Part shown: in pieces, positions 16,477 through 25,333 of the stretch
How the letters are laid out: the number at the start of each line of letters is the position of its first letter
Numbering within the stretch: position 1 is the stretch's first letter
Source: an uncultured bacterium
GTDB lineage: Bacteria; Cyanobacteriota; Vampirovibrionia; Gastranaerophilales; Gastranaerophilaceae
DNA length: 32,438 nucleotides
Direction of reading: 5' to 3'
Assembly: GCA_949288685.1 (NCBI GenBank)
Contig: CASELB010000084.1
Location: 1 to 32,438 of the forward strand
Translations under genes and position numbers: made by a program
Notes under the pieces: model-generated
Told to the model about the DNA's origin: nothing
The model's input: only the letters and a program-made list of their open reading frames with translations
The model's database searches: none

Positions 16477-18126
16477 ATGCTGACCAGACTTTTTATAAAA
16501 AACTTTATACTGATAGATGAACTCGTACTGGAATTTGATAACGGGTTGAATATTATAACCGGCGAAACAGGTGCCGGAAAAAGTATAATTATTAATGCAA
16601 TTGACATAGCTCTGGGTGCAAAGGCTTCAAAAGAACTTATAAAAACAGGAGAAACAAAAGCTGTTATAGAATTAACTCTGGGAAATGCAGCAAATAAATT
16701 AGCCTCGTTTTATGATGATTTCGGGGTTGATAATTTAGGCGAAGAAGTGATTATTACAAGAGAGATTACACAGTCCGGCAGCAGAATAAAAATAAACGGC
16801 AGCATGGTTAATCAAGAGGCTGTAAAGTTTTTAAGAGAAATTTTTGTTGATATTCACTCGCAACATGAAATGTATACATTTATGAAACCGAAATGCCATA
16901 TTACCCTTCTTGATAATTATGCAAAAGCTACTCTGCAGTCTTATCTAGATGAATACAGACTTGTATGGCAAAACTATCTCAATTTGAAAAGCCGCCTTGA
17001 GAATATAAAAAATTCAAACCGGCTTACGGAATCGCAGATTGATTTTTTAAAATTCCAGATAAAAGAAATTGAAGATGCGGAAATTAAGACAGAGACAGAG
17101 GATGAAGAACTTACACAGGAGATTAATGTTCTTGAAAATGCCGAAAAATTAAAAGAATTATCCGGTTCAATATCCTGGGCAATAAGTAATGATGATGAGT
17201 CAATTCTTGAAGGGTTAAGTCAAATAAGAAAAAATCTGTCTGCAATAGTTGCACTGGAGCCTTCACTTGGGGAAACAGAAACAGAATTAATAAATGTAAT
17301 GGACAGTGTAAAAAATATAGCGTCTGTATTAAGAGATTATTCGCAGAACTTAGACAATGATACTGAACGGTTAAATCTCTTGCAAGAAAGGCTTTTTCTG
17401 CTTGATAAATTAAAAAGAAAATACGGCGGGTCGCTTAAGTCTGTTATGGAGACCCTGTTTGAATCCCAAAAAGAATTATCATCAGTTGAGACTAATGAAG
17501 CAGATGAAATTCAACTGGAAAAAGATTTAGAGACGGTGCATGAAAAACTTAAGAAATTGGCGGCTGAAATTACAGAGAAACGTAAAACTTATGCCGAGGT
17601 TTTGTCCTGTATGATTTCAGAAAAACTTGCTGCACTTGAATTGCATAAAGCCAGGTTTTTAATAGATATAAGACCTGCAGAGCTTAATTCATCAGGGGCT
17701 GATGATGTTGAATTTTTGATATCAACAAATATTTCGGAAGCTCCGAAACCGCTTGTAAAGGTTGCATCAGGCGGGGAAATATCGCGTGTAATGCTTGCCC
17801 TTAAGGTTATATTTGCACAGAGCGATGATATTGATACGGTTATTTTTGATGAAATTGATACTGGTATATCAGGAAAGGCTGCACAGAGTGTTGCAGTGGA
17901 AGTTAAAGAACTTGCAAAATACCGTCAAATTTTGATGATTACGCATCAGGCAATTATTGCATCACGCTCGGACAGACATTTTTATGTTGCAAAATCTCAG
18001 GAAGATTCTACAAAAGTTTCTGTTAAGGTTCTTTCGGCAGAAGAAAAAATAAATGCTGTTGCGGAGCTTGCCGGTGGTGTTTTATCGGATGTGTCTATTG
18101 AGTTTGCTAAAACATTAATACATTAG
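16477..18126 (+). CDS. recN: DNA repair protein RecN
   Basis: Walker A GETGAGKS, long coiled-coil centre, ASGGEISRVMLALK signature and VIFDEIDTGISG Walker B. Confidence 0.9.
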   Translation: MLTRLFIKNFILIDELVLEFDNGLNIITGETGAGKSIIINAIDIALGAKASKELIKTGETKAVIELTLGNAANKLASFYDDFGVDNLGEEVIITREITQSGSRIKINGSMVNQEAVKFLREIFVDIHSQHEMYTFMKPKCHITLLDNYAKATLQSYLDEYRLVWQNYLNLKSRLENIKNSNRLTESQIDFLKFQIKEIEDAEIKTETEDEELTQEINVLENAEKLKELSGSISWAISNDDESILEGLSQIRKNLSAIVALEPSLGETETELINVMDSVKNIASVLRDYSQNLDNDTERLNLLQERLFLLDKLKRKYGGSLKSVMETLFESQKELSSVETNEADEIQLEKDLETVHEKLKKLAAEITEKRKTYAEVLSCMISEKLAALELHKARFLIDIRPAELNSSGADDVEFLISTNISEAPKPLVKVASGGEISRVMLALKVIFAQSDDIDTVIFDEIDTGISGKAAQSVAVEVKELAKYRQILMITHQAIIASRSDRHFYVAKSQEDSTKVSVKVLSAEEKINAVAELAGGVLSDVSIEFAKTLIH

Positions 18127-18196
18127 GCTAAATAACCGGGATAATGAAATTTTTATTAATTAACTTAACCTTTAAATAGAACAAGGGAGGTTAATA

Positions 18197-18517
18197 ATGA
18201 AAAAGGTATTTATCATAATGGCAGTCTCTGCAGTATGTGCAAATTTATCATTTGCAGCCTGTTCTATTGATGGCAGAGTTTGTACTGCAAATGATGCGGC
18301 GCTTATCAGAGAGCCTTATAAACCTATTTATAAAGATTACGGCAATGCTGCAGATTTTGGAGGCGAGCCGTTTGTACGTATAGCACCTGCGGACAGAAGC
18401 AGTGTTGACAGAACTTTTAAAGACCATAATCAATTACAAAATCAAAACCAGTATAAAGCGAATTGTCAGTTTGGCGTCTGTTTACCTTCGGATATGTCAA
18501 ATAACAGTATGCAATAA
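18197..18517 (+). CDS. small secreted protein, possible lipoprotein (106 aa)
   Basis: GGGAGG SD. The signal peptide MKKVFIIMAVSAVCANLSFAAC has a lipobox-like FAAC. Confidence 0.6.
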   Translation: MKKVFIIMAVSAVCANLSFAACSIDGRVCTANDAALIREPYKPIYKDYGNAADFGGEPFVRIAPADRSSVDRTFKDHNQLQNQNQYKANCQFGVCLPSDMSNNSMQ

Positions 18518-18521
18518 TCTG

Positions 18522-19307
18522 TTACATTGACGTTGGAATGCCGGTTTTTACGGATAGTTTTGATGCGACACCGAGCCCGACCCCGGCAAGAAGATAGGTT
18601 AGCCATGCAAAGAAATAGTTTCTTTTTAAAGCTCCAAACTTTACACTTTGTCCTTTTAGTGTTTTTTGTGCGGCTCTTATCCCTCTGATTGATGCAAGAC
18701 CTTCTTCCGCTATGGTTGGTGCGTAAGCTAAAAAGCCCAGAATGCCGGCATTCTTTTCTATAAATGTTTCTTCATTATTTTTTTTACTTTTTTTAATCAG
18801 GTAATTGAGAATTATAAGTGCGGTCGGTATGGCAGCAACATAATTTCTGGAATTTTGGAGCAGTCTTAAAAATTTATTTTTTGCATTTATTGCGTGCCCT
18901 AATTCGTGCTGGATTAATGACGGTTTGCTTGTCGGGGCAACTGCTACTTTTGCGCTGTCGGCATAAAATGCATTTTTCCCTTCGGCTACTTCTTTTAGGT
19001 CGTCAACGGAGATTCCGGACATACCGCTTACTCTGTTAATGTTTTGGGGATTAACAAAATATACATCAACATTTAAGTTGTTTTTATTGAGCATTGATTG
19101 TACAACTTTGGAAACATTATTAGGGTTTGTATATTCTTTACCCCTCATAAGCGCTTTTGAGGCGCGATTTGATAACAGGTGTATACCTTCTGACGCTAAA
19201 AGCAGTCCTCCAACCGTTAACAGCGGGTTATCCGTCCTGGTTTCCTGATTTTTTTGCGACTGTTCGTAATAAGGGTTATAATAATTTGAACCTACACCTT
19301 GTACCAT
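18522..19307 (-). CDS. YugP-like membrane zinc metallopeptidase (HExxH)
   Basis: HELGHAIN zinc motif. The layout (TM, soluble domain with HExxH, then C-terminal TMs with PTIAEEGLASIRG) is collinear with my memory of the YugP/Zn_peptidase_2 family. The track start is a GTG at 19325. I prefer the ATG at 19307 (MVQGVG...) because it parallels the 7741-8190 ORF. Neither start has a clear SD. Confidence 0.5.
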   Translation of the reverse strand: MVQGVGSNYYNPYYEQSQKNQETRTDNPLLTVGGLLLASEGIHLLSNRASKALMRGKEYTNPNNVSKVVQSMLNKNNLNVDVYFVNPQNINRVSGMSGISVDDLKEVAEGKNAFYADSAKVAVAPTSKPSLIQHELGHAINAKNKFLRLLQNSRNYVAAIPTALIILNYLIKKSKKNNEETFIEKNAGILGFLAYAPTIAEEGLASIRGIRAAQKTLKGQSVKFGALKRNYFFAWLTYLLAGVGLGVASKLSVKTGIPTSM

Positions 19308-19422
19308 AGTACTAATATAAAACACATGAACTAAAAAAATTGCTTTTTTATCGTAAATTGTGTATAAAAATTTACAAAAATATAAATAGACTTCATTTTT
19401 ATTCTTAGATATAATTATTAAT

Positions 19423-20661
19423 ATGAGAAAAGTACTGATATTGGGAAAGGGTGCACAGGAATACGCGCTGGCAAAACATCTGTCTTCGGAATGTGATGTT
19501 TATGTTTGTCCGGGGAACGCTGTTATCGGTGAAATAGCTACGGTTGTCGATATAGAAAATTATGATGCGGAAAAACTTGCGGATTTTGTTGAAAATAATG
19601 AGATTTCTGTAACAATTCCTGTTGATAAGTTCTCGGTAACAAAAGAATTGGTATCAAAGTTTGAAGAAAAAAATCTTCAGATATTTGCTCCGTCGATGGA
19701 TGTTCCGGTTCTTTTTAATGATAAGGTTGCCGTAAAAAAACTTTTGTATAAACTGCGTATCCCGGTGCCAAGGTTTGCATCTTTTGATAAAGCATCAGTT
19801 GCTTATGATTATATAAAAAATGCAAAACTTCCTTTAATTATTAAATCAAATATCGGTGAGTACGCGACAGTTTGTGTTAATGAAAAAATTGCCAAAACGG
19901 CGATTGATGATTTAATATTAAGAAACGAGACGGTGTTGATAGAGGAGTATTTGTACGGCAGTACTTTTTCAATTTATTTTGTATCTGACGGATATAAAGC
20001 GCTGCCTGTTGGTAATACATTAAATTATAATTTTGAACTTGAAGGTGATGGCGGTGTTTTAACCAATGGTGTCGGCGCATCTTCTCCTTTTTACAAGTTA
20101 ACTGATGCGCATATCGACTTTTTAACTTCAAGTATTGCAAACTCTTTAATTGAGTATTTTGAACAAACAGGTAAACCATTGATTGGAATTTGGGGTCTGG
20201 AGTGTATATTGACCTCTGATGACAGACTTGTTGTAACAAATTTAAAATATTTTCTCTCAGATACGGATGCAGCCGCTATTCTGGCGCTTTTAGATATTGA
20301 TTTGCTAAAAATAATTGATGATTGCCTTCAGGGACTTTTTGCAGATATTTATGAGTATATACCGCAAAAAGACGGAAATGCACTGTCTCTTGTGATATCC
20401 GGCAAACAAGAAGGTAAAAGCATTGAGGGTATTAAAAATCTTGATGAAGATACAATTGTAACGTTCTTTCCGCTAAGGAAAAATAAATACTTGGAATATG
20501 AGAGCGTAAAAGGTAAAGATATTATTTTAACAACTGTTGCAGGTACAATTTCGCGTGCGCGGGAGGCACTTTATGCGGAGGCAGCAGAAATAAATTTTAA
20601 CGGTATGACTTATAGAAAGGATATCGGTGCTATTATGTCCGGTAACAGAGGTTTGGTATGA
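19423..20661 (+). CDS. PurD-like ATP-grasp protein (phosphoribosylamine-glycine ligase homologue with divergent motifs)
   Basis: Collinear with PurD over its full length (N-terminal Rossmann-like part, ATP-grasp centre, C-terminal ...YRKDIG). However, GGREHA is replaced by KGAQEYA, KADGLAAGKGV by KSNIGEYATVCV, and EFNCRFGDPE by VTNLKYFLSDTD. Confidence 0.6.
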   Translation: MRKVLILGKGAQEYALAKHLSSECDVYVCPGNAVIGEIATVVDIENYDAEKLADFVENNEISVTIPVDKFSVTKELVSKFEEKNLQIFAPSMDVPVLFNDKVAVKKLLYKLRIPVPRFASFDKASVAYDYIKNAKLPLIIKSNIGEYATVCVNEKIAKTAIDDLILRNETVLIEEYLYGSTFSIYFVSDGYKALPVGNTLNYNFELEGDGGVLTNGVGASSPFYKLTDAHIDFLTSSIANSLIEYFEQTGKPLIGIWGLECILTSDDRLVVTNLKYFLSDTDAAAILALLDIDLLKIIDDCLQGLFADIYEYIPQKDGNALSLVISGKQEGKSIEGIKNLDEDTIVTFFPLRKNKYLEYESVKGKDIILTTVAGTISRAREALYAEAAEINFNGMTYRKDIGAIMSGNRGLV

Positions 20662-21383
20662 AAATAGAGGCTTTTAATCTTGTAAAAGTATACGGAGACA
20701 GAAGTGTTGTTAATGACGTCTCATTCTATATTAACAAAGGTGAAGTTGTATGTTTGCTCGGTCCTAACGGAGCAGGAAAAACTACTACTTTTTATATGAT
20801 TGTCGGACTTGTTAAACCGTATTCCGGCAAAGTTGTATTTAATGGTGAAGATATTTCAAACTGGCCTATGAATTTGCGTGCCAAAGCCGGTATCGGATAC
20901 CTTCCGCAGGAAACCTCTATTTTTAGAAAACTTACTGTTGAAGAAAATATAAAACTTGTTCTTGAAATGAATGATAAATTAAATAATGATGAAAAGAAAC
21001 AAAAACTGGAAGATCTTTTAAATGAATTTGGTGTTGCAAAATTAAGGAAAGCGCAGGCAATATCTCTGTCAGGCGGTGAACGCAGAAGGGTGGAACTTGC
21101 AAGAGCGCTTGCCGCAAGTCCTGATTTTATACTCCTTGACGAGCCTTTTACCGGTATTGACCCAATTGCAATCGGCGAGATTAAAGATAATATCAGAAAA
21201 TTATCGGAAGACAAAGGGCTGGGAGTCTTAATTACAGACCATAATCCGAAGGCTACATTGTCAATTACGGACAGAGCGTACGTAATATTTGACGGAAAAA
21301 TTAAAATCCAGGGCAGGAGTGAGGAAGTTGCCGTTGACCCTGTAGCTAAAGAGTTTTATCTCGGAAAGGACTTTAAGTTATGA
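20658..21383 (+). CDS. lptB: LPS export ABC transporter ATP-binding protein LptB
   Basis: GPNGAGKTT Walker A, LSGGERRRVELARAL signature, ILLDEPFTGIDP Walker B, 241 aa. ATGA overlap with the upstream gene. Confidence 0.85.
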   Translation: MKIEAFNLVKVYGDRSVVNDVSFYINKGEVVCLLGPNGAGKTTTFYMIVGLVKPYSGKVVFNGEDISNWPMNLRAKAGIGYLPQETSIFRKLTVEENIKLVLEMNDKLNNDEKKQKLEDLLNEFGVAKLRKAQAISLSGGERRRVELARALAASPDFILLDEPFTGIDPIAIGEIKDNIRKLSEDKGLGVLITDHNPKATLSITDRAYVIFDGKIKIQGRSEEVAVDPVAKEFYLGKDFKL

Positions 21384-22543
21384 TAAAAATATATGATAAA
21401 TATATTTTTATTCAGGTTCTTATGGCAACGCTTGTTGCGATAATTCTTTTTACTGTTATCTGGATAGCGCCGGAAATGCTTTTGAAAACTATTAAAAACA
21501 CCATTGAAGGAGTTTATACTCCGCAGGTAGCAGTGATGGTTCTTGTTTGTGAATTGCCGAAAATTTTGGGAAAAGCCTTTCCTGTCGGACTTTTGCTTGG
21601 AACATTATTTACGTTTGATAAACTGAGTAAAGATTTTGAATTAACAATATTTAGAGCTGCCGGCATGTCCTTTGCCAGAATTATAGCGCCGGTTGTTGTT
21701 TTATCGCTTATTGTAACATATCTTTGTTTTGTGACTTATGATAAACTTATTCCTTATTCCTGTCAGAAATTGAACGAGATAAAAAATGTTAACCCGGTTT
21801 CTCAATACGCTTATATAAAAAAAGATGTGGATAAACATCCTCTTCTTGGTGTTATTGTTTCAAGATATAATCGTGATTCAATGGAAAATATTATAGTTCT
21901 GGATTTTGCGGAAAAGGTATACAGCGACCTCCATCCGCTTACTAATATCCATGTTGCTAAAACAGGGTATATAAAAGATAGTAAATGGACACTAAATGAC
22001 GTTATATCTTATGCGATTTCGAGTGACGGGATTTTTGAAGAAGTTTCTGAAGCTCCGTCTATGGATATTATACAGGGCGAAGAGGCGGATAATGCAAAAA
22101 TCCTTATGGATTATTCAACAAAAAGAGACAGAGAAATTGATAATGCAGATTTAAAGAAATATATAAAATTATTAAAAAATGAGCATCTGGATGAAGAGTA
22201 CAGGTTAAATGCCAACAAGTATTATCAACGCTTTATACATCCGCTTGTATGTGTGCTTCTTGCTCTTATGGGGTGTATACTCGGGTTTTCAAGACCGCGG
22301 GAGCGCTCGCTTGTAGGTTTTGTTATTGCAATCGGATGTGTATTTATTTACTATATTACACTTCCGTTCTTTGATTTGCTCGCTGAAAAAGGTGTGCTGC
22401 CTCCGCTCCTTGCTGCTTCATTTTCACCGTTACTTTTTGCTATTGCAACTTACAAGTTTTATCAGTCTAAAGAACTTTCATCAAGCGTTGTTCCGTTAAA
22501 GGATAGGATAAAATTAAAATTCACAAAATCTAAGGAGAATTAA
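21380..22543 (+). CDS. LptF/LptG family permease (YjgP/YjgQ)
   Basis: N-terminus MIKIYDKYIFIQVLMATLVAIILF, three N-terminal TMs, a central periplasmic domain and three C-terminal TMs. ATGA overlap with lptB. Confidence 0.8.
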   Translation: MIKIYDKYIFIQVLMATLVAIILFTVIWIAPEMLLKTIKNTIEGVYTPQVAVMVLVCELPKILGKAFPVGLLLGTLFTFDKLSKDFELTIFRAAGMSFARIIAPVVVLSLIVTYLCFVTYDKLIPYSCQKLNEIKNVNPVSQYAYIKKDVDKHPLLGVIVSRYNRDSMENIIVLDFAEKVYSDLHPLTNIHVAKTGYIKDSKWTLNDVISYAISSDGIFEEVSEAPSMDIIQGEEADNAKILMDYSTKRDREIDNADLKKYIKLLKNEHLDEEYRLNANKYYQRFIHPLVCVLLALMGCILGFSRPRERSLVGFVIAIGCVFIYYITLPFFDLLAEKGVLPPLLAASFSPLLFAIATYKFYQSKELSSSVVPLKDRIKLKFTKSKEN

Positions 22544-22547
22544 TAGC

Positions 22548-23348
22548 GTGAGAAAATTCATCCTTTTATTACTTGTATTATTATCAATGCAGATTGTGTA
22601 TGCTGAACCGCGGATTGATTTTGAAAACGGTGTATATCATATTGTACTTGACGACAAGAATGCCGCTAAAAAGATTGATTTTGTTACGGTAGAGGAATTA
22701 GAAACAAATAAACGTATCCATCAAAAATCAGGAGCGGTACTTACTATTAATGCAGGATTTTTTGATCCTAATAATAAGAAAACAATTTCTTATGTAAATT
22801 CTAAAACAACTGCTGATTTGGATCCGTTATTTAATGAATCATTGGTACAAAATCCCGAATTGAGAAATAATTTAAGTAAAATTCTTAACAGAACAGAATT
22901 CAGAGTTCTTGATTGCGGTGCTGAAAAAAACTTTGATATAGCTTCCCATGATTCACCGCTCCCTGACGGATGCTTGCTGCTTACATCCGCACAGGGCGGA
23001 CCTATGATTTATCCTTATTTAAGACTAGAAGAAGAGGCTTTTATAGTTAAAGACAGTGCAGGCAATGTTATACGTGAATCTGCATCTGTTTTGCATAAAA
23101 CGGCGAGAACAATAATAGGTTTAAAAGACGGAATTGTTCATATTTTTATTGTGACAATCCAGAACCCTATGACTCTTTACGAAGTAAAAGAAATGGCGGA
23201 AAGTTATAAGCTGGATAAGGCAATGGCTTTTGATGGCGGAAGTTCAACATCACTGAACTATTTAGATAAAATAAATGTTGTATCCATAGAAAACGATGGG
23301 AATGATACCGGCAGGAAGCTGAAATCGTTTATGATTTATAAAAAATAA
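22548..23348 (+). CDS. secreted phosphodiester glycosidase family protein (DUF2233/NAGPA-like)
   Basis: GTG start with an AAGGAG SD. Signal peptide MRKFILLLLVLLSMQIVYA. INAGFFD and AMAFDGGSSTSL motifs typical of the family. Confidence 0.7.
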   Translation: MRKFILLLLVLLSMQIVYAEPRIDFENGVYHIVLDDKNAAKKIDFVTVEELETNKRIHQKSGAVLTINAGFFDPNNKKTISYVNSKTTADLDPLFNESLVQNPELRNNLSKILNRTEFRVLDCGAEKNFDIASHDSPLPDGCLLLTSAQGGPMIYPYLRLEEEAFIVKDSAGNVIRESASVLHKTARTIIGLKDGIVHIFIVTIQNPMTLYEVKEMAESYKLDKAMAFDGGSSTSLNYLDKINVVSIENDGNDTGRKLKSFMIYKK

Positions 23349-23391
23349 CTCCCAACTTAAGTATTCTTGTTAGAAGTTAATGTGGAATCAA

Positions 23392-23425
23392 GTATTCAAC
23401 AATGTTTGTTGTTGAGTATTTTTTT
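23392..23425 (+). terminator. Rho-independent terminator
   Basis: GTATTCAACAA (23392-23402) / TTGTTGAGTAT (23409-23419), an 11-bp stem with two G-U pairs and a 6-nt loop, followed by TTTTTT. Confidence 0.55.
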
Positions 23426-23505
23426 CTATGAATAACACTTTTCTACTCGAAATATCTAGTTAAAAATACGGTGTATATAAACGTTGATTTAACAGAAAAT
23501 TAATA

Positions 23506-23856
23506 ATGAAGCAGGTTAGTATGAATATAGAGAATAAACTGGGTGAAAAGATAAAAGAATTGCGTAAATCGAAAGGTTTTACGCAGGAGAAACTTGCTGA
23601 ACTTGCTAATATAGACGATAAACATTTGTCTAAGATAGAGAATGGTGTACATTTACCGACGTATAAGACTTTGAAAAAGTTGTCAGAAATATTGAATTTT
23701 AATTTGCAGGATATGGATACGGTAAATAAAGCTACAGTAATTAATAACCCTTTATATAATAAGGCATTAAAAATATTAAATACGGCTAAAACCGAAAAAG
23801 AGTTGTCTAATTATTATGAGACACTAAAACTTGCAAATCGTTTAATGAACAAATAG
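23506..23856 (+). CDS. XRE-family helix-turn-helix transcriptional regulator
   Basis: LGEKIKELRKSKGFTQEKLAELANIDDKHLSKIENG HTH_3 pattern. The start could instead be the ATG at 23521. Confidence 0.8.
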   Translation: MKQVSMNIENKLGEKIKELRKSKGFTQEKLAELANIDDKHLSKIENGVHLPTYKTLKKLSEILNFNLQDMDTVNKATVINNPLYNKALKILNTAKTEKELSNYYETLKLANRLMNK

Positions 23857-23866
23857 TTTTATATTT

Positions 23867-23896
23867 AAAAAGCTCCTGTTATAACAGGAGCTTTTT
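23867..23896. terminator. bidirectional hairpin terminator
   Basis: AAAAAGCTCCTG ... CAGGAGCTTTTT (23867-23896) between the convergent XRE and SLH genes. Confidence 0.75.
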
Positions 23897-23915
23897 GTAA
23901 TTATCAGAACTGAAA

Positions 23916-25217
23916 TTATAATTGTTCTTCAATGTTAACATCATCAATCAGCAATAAGTAAATGCATTCACCTTGTTTAGCTTTGTAGTTAACCCCCGGA
24001 GTAATAAGTCCGGTAATTAAACCTACAGTACAACCTACAGGGATACCTATACCAAGCGCAGTACCTACTCTTGACGGGTTAGGTATAAATGCCATACTCA
24101 TACCAACACCGGAACCTACAGCGCCGCCGGTAATTGTGTAAAGTAGAACTTTACCGAAAGTAACCCATGGACCTTCTGCTAATCTGCCGTCTTTAGTAAA
24201 TGGTTTACCGGTGATATCAATTACACTGCCGTCCGGTAAAAGAATATGTTTGAAGATTAAGTTAACTCTAGCTTTTTTGTTGAATATTTTAGGATTTTGA
24301 ATGTCCATAATTTCGGCAACAAATCTTGTGCCTTCCGGAAGGACTTTGGTTCCTTCTACAGTGTATAAATCTTTTGGAAGATAGAAGTTAACGATTTCTC
24401 CGCCTTTATGCTTTTTAGAAAGGAATTTTTCTGAGAATGCAATTTGAACTACGTTACCTTGGTTAACAACTTTTTTGAAATTTGTTAAGGTAACAGTATT
24501 GTTAGGAGCTTGTCTGTGAACACACAGGTGTTCAACACCGAGTACAATTTCCTGAGGTTCTTCAACCACAGGTTCTTCATTGTTTCCTAAATATTCATCT
24601 TTTACGACATTGAGCATATCTGCAAGTTTTGCAAGCAATACTGCCGCTTCTGCTCTTGTTAAATCTCTGTTAGGTTCGAGCATTGATTCATCCGGGTGGT
24701 TAACGTATAAACCATAGCTTATAGCCTTTTGGTAAGATAAATCAGCCCAGCCCGGAATGTCGCTTGTATCTTTAAAAGCATCAAGCACTGTTGAGTCAGT
24801 TACCTGTTCTTTTGTGATATGGCTCATTAAGGAGGTAACTTCTGATCTTAAAAGATTTTTTTGAGCTTTAAAAGTTCCGTCTGGATAACCGTAAACAACT
24901 CCTAACTGTTGACCTCTTAAAACATCATCATAGTAGCTGTCGTAAACGGATACATCAGACATGGTATTTGTAATAGTTACATCAAGGTTATCATTTGACA
25001 AAACTTTTAATAAACCTTGAACAAACTGAATTCTTGTAATCGGATTTTCTGGGTTAAAGTTTCCGTTTTCATCTACCGGTAAAATTCCGTCTGTAACGAC
25101 TTTGTTAATTTCCTTGCTTGCCCAGTAAGAATCATCAATTCCGTACTGCGCTAAAACAGGCAGTGTGTTAAGCCCGAACATTGTAGCGGCTAACATTGAT
25201 GCTAATAACTTTTTCAT
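23916..25217 (-). CDS. SLH-domain envelope protein (signal peptide, three SLH repeats, C-terminal Gly-zipper hydrophobic region)
   Basis: The start is set at the ATG at 25217 (AAGAGG SD), giving the signal peptide MKKLLASMLAATMFGLNTLPVLAQ. SLH-type repeats: YWASKEINKVVTDGIL..., YYDDVLRGQQLGVVYGYPDGTFKAQKNLLRSEV..., GWADLSYQKAISYGLY...LTRAEAAVLLAKL. The C-terminus has GGAVGSGVGMSMAF and ALGIGIPVGCTVGLITGLI. Confidence 0.75.
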   Translation of the reverse strand: MKKLLASMLAATMFGLNTLPVLAQYGIDDSYWASKEINKVVTDGILPVDENGNFNPENPITRIQFVQGLLKVLSNDNLDVTITNTMSDVSVYDSYYDDVLRGQQLGVVYGYPDGTFKAQKNLLRSEVTSLMSHITKEQVTDSTVLDAFKDTSDIPGWADLSYQKAISYGLYVNHPDESMLEPNRDLTRAEAAVLLAKLADMLNVVKDEYLGNNEEPVVEEPQEIVLGVEHLCVHRQAPNNTVTLTNFKKVVNQGNVVQIAFSEKFLSKKHKGGEIVNFYLPKDLYTVEGTKVLPEGTRFVAEIMDIQNPKIFNKKARVNLIFKHILLPDGSVIDITGKPFTKDGRLAEGPWVTFGKVLLYTITGGAVGSGVGMSMAFIPNPSRVGTALGIGIPVGCTVGLITGLITPGVNYKAKQGECIYLLLIDDVNIEEQL

Positions 25218-25295
25218 ATATACATACCTCTTAAAATAAAATTCCATCATAATTATAGTATGCTGATTTTTTTTATTCAAGAAAGTAAGAAATTC

Positions 25296-25324
25296 TTTAC
25301 AATTTGACATTGTTTTGGTATATT
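25296..25324 (+). promoter_or_regulatory. sigma-70-type promoter with extended -10 very close to the ilvB-like start codon
   Basis: TTTACA (25296-25301), a 17-nt spacer, then TATATT (25319-25324) with TG at 25316-25317. The ATG at 25334 is only 10 nt downstream of the -10 element. Confidence 0.3.
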
Positions 25325-25333
25325 TGTGGGGTT

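Noticed and set aside
20792-21214. 140-aa antisense ORF inside lptB, and similar antisense ORFs at 14478-14807, 12700-13077, 9129-9440, 9722-10030, 8815-9063 and 85-282
   Set aside because: Each overlaps a longer ORF on the other strand, most of which have clear homology or better start signals. Their translations are low complexity and lack ribosome-binding sites. They are most simply frame artefacts.
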